A stretch of 58,396 nt of DNA, filler included, from Sphacelaria rigidula (taxonomy: Eukaryota), in the NCBI GenBank assembly GCA_964200075.2. It is 5 parts of 5 records of this genome, joined end to end, with 100 filler letters (N's around TTAATTAATTAA, not from the genome) between each part and the next. Parts side by side here need not be neighbours in the genome. Positions count along the whole stretch, not along the records: positions 46,799 to 58,396 come from CAXNAA020004729.1; 4 more parts are not named here. One strand, 5' to 3'. Under the pieces are notes generated by a model. The model was not told the origin of the DNA and ran no database searches. It saw only the letters and a list, made by a program, of their open reading frames with translations. Position numbers and translations under genes: made by a program. Below, piece after piece: positions 49,276 through 58,396 of this stretch; the stretch's first letter is position 1, and each line of letters begins with the position of its first letter.

Positions 49276-50228
49276 GTAAGTTAACATATGTTGAAGGACT
49301 AGTCATTTTCAGGTCTCCACGTTTTATCTGGAAATGATGTAAGGAGCCCGGAGTAAAATCTCCTAGGTGATCCATCTCTCTCGAAGATAGTATAGCTTAA
49401 CAGATCATTTAAATGCCGAGTAGTCACTTTGAGTCCGTTTACGCCGATGCCACAGCTTGTGACTCGGTTGTTGTCGACAAATGTTCTCGCGCTAAATATC
49501 CCCAGACTCAGCAATCGAGGGGTTAAATCAAACAGGATTTTCATCCAATACCTATTAAATGCATATGTATGGGAGGAATGGAGTAGATCCGAAGTGTTGG
49601 TATGATCGATCTATTCACGTAAAACTAACTGTACGGTGGGACGTAAACATGAAGGATTTCGCCTCCGATTATCACCCTGTGATGCTGCCCGACCCCCGGG
49701 AGTGAGGCTGCTCATTCATGAATTTTTTTCCCAGACAGGAAGATCACAAAAGTCTGAAGATGTACAATACTACCATCGCATTTCCCCCGCCTGATGTCCA
49801 TTGCCACATGCGTAGTATACGGGTGACCTGAAAAAACCTGGAATTCAAAGGGATCCCATATTTCATATTCTCTACGTAACACTGGATCTTAAAAAACATT
49901 TGGGCAAGTCTACCGCCATCTCGACGCTACCCCTGGTAGGCTATTTTCATCGTACAGATTGTCTGGTGATGTTTGGGGGTGCATCGTATACGACGTACCC
50001 TTGAGCAATACTCTAGGTCCCGGCATCACGCTGAACCAAGCGGAAACGTATCACCCGAAGGTGTTGTTGAGGAGGGTGGCATACAACGGACCTGGAATAT
50101 GACATAATATATATAGTAATACCGTGAGTGAAGAAGGCAGGTGCAGCCTATCTGCATCCTCACCGAGCTGGCGCAGGCAATAAAGACTTGGAGTGTTTTC
50201 TTAGATTCGAGCATATCGTAGCTCTTCC

Positions 50229-50775
50229 GGCAGTTTCTTTGAAATACAATATACAAAAAAAGGCACACCTTCATGCTTTTGGAGCAAAACAGGGTGACAT
50301 ATTTTTGGTTTTGAGCGCGACGCCGCGCGCGGGCTGAACACCTCAAAAATGCGTTCCAGCGCCTCAGCCTCACGCCCAAGGTGTCTGAGCAGCATGCTCG
50401 ACCGTTTGTTTTGTTTTCACCACGTGGAAATAGGCTTAACTACGACGCAAAAAGGGAGAGCTTGTTAGAGTACCGTTTTATTATCAATAAACCACCAGGG
50501 TACACCCTACTCTGCTAAATATCTATCTCACATTTTCTTGTTCACGTGTGTACCCTTTTATGCTTACGTGCATACCGTTATTGATCAACAAAGAAATGGT
50601 CGGGCATGCTTCTCAGACACACCTTGGGCGTGGGGCTGAGGCGTTGGAACGTGTTTTTGAGGTGTTCAGCCCGCGCGCGGCGTCGCGCCCCAAACAGAAA
50701 AATGCGTTACCCTTTCTCGTTCCAAAAACATGAGAGTGTACCTTATTTGTATATTACCCTTCAAAGAAACATGCC
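50229..50775. mobile_element. Long inverted repeat (arms ~50229-50415 and ~50587-50775)
   Basis: GCGCGACGCCGCGCGCGGGCTGAACACCTCAAAAA pairs with TTTTTGAGGTGTTCAGCCCGCGCGCGGCGTCGCGC. The same peptides appear on both strands in the ORF track. The adjacent 50120-50240 also matches 55735-55855. Confidence 0.85.
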
Positions 50776-50989
50776 TTGGAACCATAGAAATGCTGTGATA
50801 GTCATACTCCACACACAGCCATTCAGCTAGTCCCGGGGTTCAATTCTCCCCACGATTGTTTTAGGTCGGCATAACTGCAGCAAACCCTGCATCGTAGCAG
50901 CAACAGGGATAACAACCCTGGGGCGACATTCGAGCAATAAGCTTCAGAGCTTGGACGGATACCGGGATTATCTATTGGTAAGACGTCGC

Positions 50990-53950
50990 AATAATATCTG
51001 ATTCGCTCGGTCCGCCCCGAGTCTGCACGTCAAAACGTTCGTCTTATGCGTCGACTTTCAGTGACCAATGTTGCCCACTAGGTGGTAGTGCGCGTTGACG
51101 GACACTCTACCTGATCGGAGGCGCTGCCGTGGCCGCTGGTGCTGCCTGAGATATCGACGCTGTGTCCTCTGGCGCGAGTCCGTCCGGTCCTCTGGTTCGT
51201 GGTCTTCGGGGAAGGGATCTGATCCATTTTCAGATGTCGGGATATCCCGAGCTTTCTTCTCACGAAATGAGGCCTCCGCACTGTTTGTGATATACCGAGG
51301 TTTTCTCATGGTCCCCGGTTCGATAAGTCGTGCTTTTTTGGGTGATGTACCCCATGAGACACATCGTGGCCGAGGGGGGCATCCGTTTCTCGTTCCTTTG
51401 GTGTTCCTCGACATGTTTGAAGGCGATACGACCTCCCTCACGTGAGTGTTTCAGACGACCAAAGGGCTTGTTTGACCACACCTTCAGTGGAGCCTTGCCA
51501 CCCAAGACGTTTGTCGACGTGCGATTAGGAATACCCACCGAAATCTCAACGGCCTCAGCCCAAAGTGAGGCAGGAAGGTGAGGGGCGCTCGGCATGTGGT
51601 ACGAGCGATACCGATGATGACGCCCAATCCTCGGGTAGCGATCGCATTCTCTTGAGGGTCTCACGGTGCATTCGTCGCAATTTTGATCCTAAGACCTGTC
51701 GCGAACTGTTCAAAGCGACCTATGAACTCGTCACCTCCGTCACACCTCATGGTGCCGCGGGGTAGACCCGCCGAGTCTGCAGCTTCCTAGACGGCGTGCG
51801 ACAACGCTTCTGCGGCGGTATCCTTGGACTTGATCGGAAACAACTATCTAACCCGTGAGCTGTGATCGATGAACTTGGCGAGCAGATGATATTTCCTGTA
51901 TGACTTCATACGATGCTTTCCCTTACTATCGACGTGAACCAGTTTCCAGGCGCTTCTCGTTTCATGGTCGATCCGAATACGGGTGTGAAATAGTGTTGGT
52001 CTTCGGTGATGAGCAAATATCACACTATATCACACTCACCCGGGTTGATGTACTGTACAAATGCGGCGCCAGCAGGCTTTTGTGCCGACGACTTGTTTCA
52101 GCGAGCGGGTGATACAATGTCTTATTCGGCGATGTCAAGGAGATAAGCCGCGGTAGCGGAATTATGAAGCCGCTGCCGCTGCTCATTTAGTACCAGCGTA
52201 AGAACAAACAACTTTGAAATTGCCATCGATATTGGGGATGCTAAGTTGCCACAACAAATTGCCAGCGGTTTGGAGATGAGATCTATTATCAGCCCCTCCT
52301 CACGCAACGCTCCACGGAAACAAAAACTTGCAACAAGCTCCGCCATAACCAGTACTAACAGACTGACAGGAACTAGTTTATCTTCGTCACCCAAAAACGG
52401 AATTTCAGTGTACCTTTGCGTTCGGCAAGTGAGTGTCCGTACGGTCTGTCTACACGGACCCGGCAGCCGATTCTGCTGACCACATGACTTTTCCAACTGC
52501 CCTTTGTCGAGATCATGCTGTGCCACAGTAGCACAGTCGATGAAGAAGGTGTCTGCCCCCGCCGAGCTCGCCACCTGCTTCGTCGTGGCGGGAAACGCTA
52601 CGCAAAGCCCTGTAGCGCTGGGAAGGTCTTGTGGTGGCATAATCAGGCTCGCGGGCACTTAAACCGTGGTGACAATTACTGTCGTCGAGGTTTTCGCGTC
52701 CACGCATTCAACACGGGGTGACAACCATTAAGATAATTCTTTACGATCTGGGGATAGAAGACGACATTTTTCGGCACCACGGTCATCGCGGTGTTCTCGT
52801 CCGAGCGATAAATACTCGGTTGGCCACCATCATGGTCGCCTTTGACAACCTTGAAATCATGACACACCCCTCCCCTTGACACAGTCCGGGTACACCAGGC
52901 GTAAGAGGTTATCTAAGATTCGGAGGAAGTCAACATAACGTTGGCTTGGTCCGTCGGCGGAGTCTTGTCGTTTGCGCGATCGTGCTCATGGTTCAGTGGC
53001 ACCGTTCCTAGTCGTGCTTGGTTGGCACGCGACAGTATCGACAAGGTCGGTGGCGATTTACTTCGCTCCGAACGTTCCGCCGTCCCCCTTGGGTGGAAGG
53101 TGGCTTGAACCAGAACACTTGCTATCTTGATCAGTTGCCGAGTTGACGCTTCTCGACGAATCAGAGGGGATTCGAGTCTGTCCCGAATGGGCGTTCCAGC
53201 CTCGTTCGTATCCACGGTACGACCGTTGCTGCGGCTGCCACCACAGCCGCTGTCATGCATGGTATTGAGTGCACGTTCGTGGTTCGAGCCTATCGATGGC
53301 CTGCCTGTACCTTTCTCCGCACTTGAACAGCATAAAATACCGAAGCTTACGAAACGATATCATCAACGATAACAGTAAAAGCGCGTTGCTGATCCCAAAG
53401 GATCGCAGCTTTCAGTGGCTCGTACTTGGAATCGGGCACTGATTGACACAATGCGCGTTTCTGACGAACGTCATTACGCCGTCTCCAAGTGTAAAGAGTT
53501 CGAGGAATTTGCGGCGTAATTCTTGAATCACACGAGAATAATCGTATCCATTCGGTCACCCTGATGGGAGGGAGTTGGTATGCAATTCCTGCATTCGCGC
53601 CTTGCCTGAAACTCGGTACTCGATGAGGAGTTCAAGGTACGTGCTACGTCCATCATTAAACTCAGCCTCTCCAATCGGTCCATGCGTTCACCACTTGAGC
53701 TGCATCGCCGTGGCATTATTCGGCGTCGTTCTCGACTACTAGGTAAATTCGAGTGAAGAACGTATCATTATGATCAAATGCTTGCTTGTTTCGTCCGTAG
53801 GTAGCTTTCTGCTGGGCGGTCGCCCCCTATCCAGGGTCGTCCGGCGCCGCTTCCGCGCCAGGCATAACTCCTTATAAGCGTTGCTCATACACGGATACAC
53901 GTTGCATCGTGATACAACCGCAAAACAAATCGGGCCCTCGTTTAACAGGG
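50990..53950 (-). mobile_element. Decayed Ty1/copia retrotransposon (gag-protease-integrase region)
   Basis: Integrase core FIDHSSR...KSKD...RCDGGDEF...NAP..PQENAIA, then LPASLWAEAV...NRTST...GGKAPLKVW and CLMGY...TYR. Protease-region remnant at 52120-52560. Multiple stops. Confidence 0.85.
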
Positions 53951-54149
53951 TATACCCTCAACAGAGGGCCGAGGTTGACCCCAAATCGTTTCCATTACTT
54001 CAGCAATAGACACGGGGAAACATCTGTCGATCTATGTTGTCGAACACGATAGATGGTGAAACACGTGTATTGATATGGATTGCAAGAGACAATAGATGTT
54101 ACAATAGTCGATCGATAGCCTATGACAATTACACGATAAAGATCACTCG

Positions 54150-55690
54150 CCATCGATGGATATCATGTGTCGATAGCCATTGCCGTGATCAATAGGTTTG
54201 GTGAGCCATCCATCGATAGTCATTTCCGTTATCAATAGATTTGGTGAGCCATCCATCGATAGTCATTGTCGTTATCGATAGATTAGGTGAGCCATCTATC
54301 AATACCAATCACCGCCATCAAGAAATTTCGTGAGCCGTCTATCGGTAGCCTCTGCCGCCGACAATACACTTTTGGGTATCGATCAATATGGTCATTGCTG
54401 TCAACAGCCGATTGTTCTCGGGAGCACCTATCGATAGCCAGTGATGCGAACGATAGGTTTTGAAATATATATTGCTCACTGCAGCGGTCTTATGACATCA
54501 ACGGCAATGCCGTTCACACATGAACACGCAACTACCTGAGGCGATAGCTGGCCATAGCTTCTGTGGAATAAGGTTGAAACATGCATCGAAAAATATGCAT
54601 ACATTGCGCTAGTGATCGACGCCATTCAGCTACTTTTGTGGTCAGCAATAGAAAATGGTGGCCGCGATCCGAATCACATTGTGGCCAGCGATATACACTG
54701 GTGGCCGCGATTCAGATGATATTGTGACCCTCAATAGACATTGATGGGCGCAATTTAGATCCTATCATGATCAGCAATATCTATTGGTGGACGCGTGGCA
54801 GATTCCATTGTGATTAGCAATAGATATTGGTGGTCGCACCTCAGCTATTACAACCGATGAAATGTATCCTCCATTTTCACGGCAATGATGCATTCTGTCC
54901 CTAGTGCCGAATCTATTGTCGCCTACACTAGCTATCGATAGGCATTGATGCCAGTCGATTATGACTGACAATGAACATTGACAGTCGAATTTTCGGGGCT
55001 ATTGCAGCGCCAATGTTCTATTACATAGTCTATTGTCCGGGGTATAAACACATCTCACCCGCACACAAAAATACTGTAAGCACTCATGCCCACCAGAGGA
55101 ACAACCATGAGTACCAACACCACACCAACAGCAAAACCTGTAAACTTTTGTCCGCACATATTGCGGATTTCTACAAAATACAAGCGTTCCAAAATCGTAG
55201 AAACGTGACGTCATGTAGTCACAAATATTGTCATCATATACCCACTGCATGCCCACCTGCGGCTTCTCTACCATACTTTCACGGAGTGTAATGTGCTCTA
55301 TACGTAGTATGTTGCAATGCAGGTGTGGCAACATACGACAGAGACTATATATCGGTAGACATTGTACACCACAGTAGATTCTGGTACGTATCTATCGATA
55401 TTCATCGCCGCCATGCATATATTTTGTGCTTAATCTATCAATAGCAATTGCCGTCATTAATAGATTCGGAAAGCTTTTGATCGATACATTTGGTCGGCCG
55501 CAATAGATTTCGGTGTAGGGCCACAACAGACTGCTACCCGGGCAAAAGTGTGGGAAACTGGTCTATCGATAGACATTGCCGACGACAATAGAACGAGAAA
55601 GTTGCCGATCGATGGCCATTACGGACGACAATATTGACATCTTACTGCAGCAGATTCTAATGCTATTGTAATAGATGCCGTCTATCGCCC
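54150..55690. repeat. Clusters of degenerate 43-bp minisatellite units
   Basis: GTGAGCC recurs every 43 bp (G at 54205, 54248, 54291, 54334). TGGTGG(C/A/T)CG-type units at 54656, 54699, 54742, 54785, 54828. Looser ATCGATAG/CAATAGA units at 55380-55690. Confidence 0.85.
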
Positions 55691-56167
55691 AGGGTGTGCG
55701 AGGCTCATAACTTGACATAATATATGTAGTGATAGAGTGAGTGGAGAAGGCTGGTATAGTCTGTGCGCAGCCTCACTGTAGCTGGCGCAGGTAGGGAGGA
55801 CTTGGAATGCTTTATTACAATCGAGCACATCGTAGCTCTCCTGGTAGTTCCAAAGAAGCACGCCTCTCAATCATACTTCTTCTGGTCCACTGTATAAGCC
55901 GGAATAAACAAGTTCCTTGTATAAGCCCCGGAGTACGCATGCTTGGACGGGTGTTTTCGACCATGAAACCAACGTTGTGTGTTTCGCATATGGTTGGCAT
56001 CATGTACGCGAAAAAACATAACTTTGGACCCGGGGGTAACAAGATATCGTCCCCGGGGGTGAAAATCTCGAACCGGGCTTGTACAACGGACTTTTTGCAA
56101 GTAGAGTAAGAAATATCGCCCAGGTTTGGCACGATATGCGATGCGGGGCGTGGATTAAACGTTATTT

Positions 56168-56385
56168 CGTTTTCGCTGAGCCGACCAACACAGCACTATT
56201 TGCGCCGACAATAAGTAGCGGACCCAGCGCCAGCCGCGGTGACGAATGGGATCTACTCTGCGGACCGCCTCCAGTTCATCTTCTGACGATGTCGGCCATG
56301 CAGACCGCTGGTATTCGTGTCGTTGCTGGTTCTGCTGCTGTCGGCGTTGGCAAATATTGCTGTGTTGGTTGGCTGAGCGAAAATG
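56168..56385. mobile_element. MITE-like element with ~60-bp imperfect TIRs
   Basis: TTTTCGCTGAGCCGACCAACACAGCACTATTTGC pairs with GCAAATATTGCTGTGTTGGTTGGCTGAGCGAAAA. Confidence 0.75.
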
Positions 56386-56666
56386 TTGGTTTTGGGTGGC
56401 TGTTCAAAACGCCTCGAGAACTGCGGGAAAAAAACGTTCAAAGATACATCGATGGAAAGGCGATCAACCAATGGATTCGTGTCCTTCGCGGCGACTACCC
56501 TCCGCTTACCGTAGGTGTTCGTGGGTCTATCTATCTTGAAGATGGTGTAAAGACATCGGCTTTGGGCTCTGCTCCAAAAGATCACGAAAGCGGCAGCAAA
56601 AAAACGTTCACAAAAAGTCGCAGAAGAGCACATGATATTCCACTTTGCCTCGAATAGGGCTTTTAA

Positions 56667-57148
56667 CACGGGATCTTACAAATTGGGGATGGATCTTTTA
56701 TTGGGGATGAGAAACCCCGAGAAATATAATCTTCGTAGCCACACGCCGTAGAAATATAATCTTCGTAGCCACACGCCGTAGAAATATAATCTTCGAAATG
56801 TGGTTCCATTTCTTCACTTACTGATATCTATTGACAGCTGCCACACGCCGTAGAAATTTGAATTTCGATCACCGAAATGTTGGGGTCCTAGGTGAAAAAC
56901 CAACCAATTTCGGGGAATTTCGGGTGTCCGAACGGACGTCAAAATGGTTCCGAAATAGGTTTTTCACCTAGGACCCCAACATGTCGGTGATCGGAATCCA
57001 AACTTGTATGGCGTGTAGCAGTTGTCAATAGCTCTCAGTAGGTGAAAAAATGGGACCATATTTCGAAGATTTGGTGTGGATACGAAGGTTTTAATCCTCC
57101 GGGTTCATCCCCAATAAAATATCCATCCCCAATTTGTAAGATCCCGTG
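56667..57148. mobile_element. Foldback element (~480 bp, nearly fully palindromic)
   Basis: Perfect outer TIR CACGGGATCTTACAAATTGGGGATGGAT / ATCCATCCCCAATTTGTAAGATCCCGTG. Inner arms ATGTTGGGGTCCTAGGTGAAAAACC / GGTTTTTCACCTAGGACCCCAACAT. A 30-bp tandem duplication (56720-56794) lies in the left arm. Confidence 0.9.
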
Positions 57149-57939
57149 TTTTTTACAGTGGACCAGAGGAAGAACAAATATCGTTAAAAGGCATACTCGA
57201 CACACAGCTCACAACAGTCGCTCTTGCACGGCAGTCTCTGTATTCCAACAGGGTATCCATCGTAGTACGGCAGGCGGGTTCAGAGTTGATGTGTCTAATG
57301 CCCCGGGACTTTTTTGGTGTAATAAATATTTACTGCCAGGTACTGAAGTGGCAGATCGTACCTCGGCAAATGTCCTCCAGCACGCACACCGAACGAAATG
57401 AACACGAAGTACTCGAGTGCGGACGTGTTTGTTGAACTCCCCGCCCACACGGTCGCTGCCACCGCCGTTCGGGACAAAACATACAAGATGGAAGGAATGA
57501 CGCAGACTGACGGCATGGAGGAGGAGGCTGAAGAAGTAATGGCGACGGGGCAGGCAGCGGAAATGTTGACATGGATGCGCCGTGCTTGCCCTGGAGTGGT
57601 GCGCATGGCTCCGTTGCTGGAAGACATAATGTGCGCGGGCTTCCAGCAAACCAGGTAGAAGAAATGTGCTGCTTGGAATATCTTGAGGTCTGGAAAAGAG
57701 ATGGCTGTGGGGCTGCCAGGGGCGAGAAAGGTCGCGTGTGACCGACATGGGATTGATGCCACTTGAAACCTGAGACCATCGTACAAGTATGATTGCAATC
57801 CTCGTATCTACTGAAGAGATGACAAGAGGGGGCTCCGTTGTCAAAACAAAGATCTCACATCCTGAACAACGTGAAACATTACAAAAATGTTAATCCGTGC
57901 GTACTTTTACTCAACCCCCTCCCCCTTCTTGGACCCTCG

Positions 57940-58370
57940 ATGGGGGTGGCGTCGGTCGGCGATGACACTACGTATAAAACACGCCACTCACTGCGTGAGC
58001 TAGGTAACCAGGTTGACGTTTTTTTCGCGTACTTGCGTTTTTTTTACGGTAACCATGATGGTAGTGGAGCCAGATCATATTGTGTGCGTCGTGGGAGAAC
58101 CTCAACTCCGCACCATGGGGATGACCGTACTACGTAGTGTGTGAATGGTGAGACACCCATGAGGCAGTGTGTAAGCCGTGGCTGTCTCTGGAAGTGGCGA
58201 CACCAGGTAATGAAGCAACTCGTTGTGGGCCGTCATCCACACATCATGGCGCTTCGCGGTTGGTGATTGAGTGCGAGCCTCGTCCGGCGAAAGCCGGCAT
58301 GCTCCATCCCGGCTTTGCAGGGATGCGAGGTCAATGGTCTTATGACTATGGCACGCACGATCATGAGTAC
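57940..58370 (+). repeat. Dispersed repeat family C, longest copy in window
   Basis: Contains the segments also seen at 31468-31762, 34875-34999 and 27488-27545. Confidence 0.8.
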
Positions 58371-58396
58371 AACGACTGGGGGAGAGTTTGGCTGAT

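Noticed and set aside
54150..54850. CRISPR-like regularly spaced repeats
   Set aside because: Whole 43-bp units are mutually similar with no unique spacers, there are no cas genes, and the context is eukaryotic.
56079..56669. Overlapping ORFs on both strands sharing FA(E/Q)PTNTA
   Set aside because: The shared peptide comes from the inverted repeats of a MITE, not from two genes.

Overview
Eukaryotic, intron-rich and repeat-dense DNA, most likely from a brown alga (Ectocarpus-like; inferred from intron and splice-site style, gene content and repeat types). Four 100-nt N gaps carrying an artificial TTAATTAATTAA linker split it into five contigs, so adjacency across gaps is unproven. Spliced gene models built by hand: (1) a ~1368-aa minus-strand protein with a CCCH zinc finger and a C-terminal Nudix hydrolase, containing a GC-AG intron; (2) a divergently oriented WD40 protein with a possible bipartite plastid-targeting leader (3' end lost in a gap); (3) a hypothetical low-complexity protein with an intact tRNA-derived SINE just upstream; (4) an ICME/kynurenine-formamidase-like alpha/beta hydrolase ending in a PTS1 (SRL); (5) a DOMON + cytochrome b561 protein that appears to continue into a cytochrome b5 domain. 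The last 23 kb is mostly transposon debris: a decayed, intron-containing KDZ (Kyakuja-Dileera-Zisupton)-like transposase followed by about 6 kb of unidentified decayed co-oriented exons, a Ty1/copia relic, several MITE/foldback elements and 43-bp minisatellites. No rRNA, true tRNA or CRISPR array was found.
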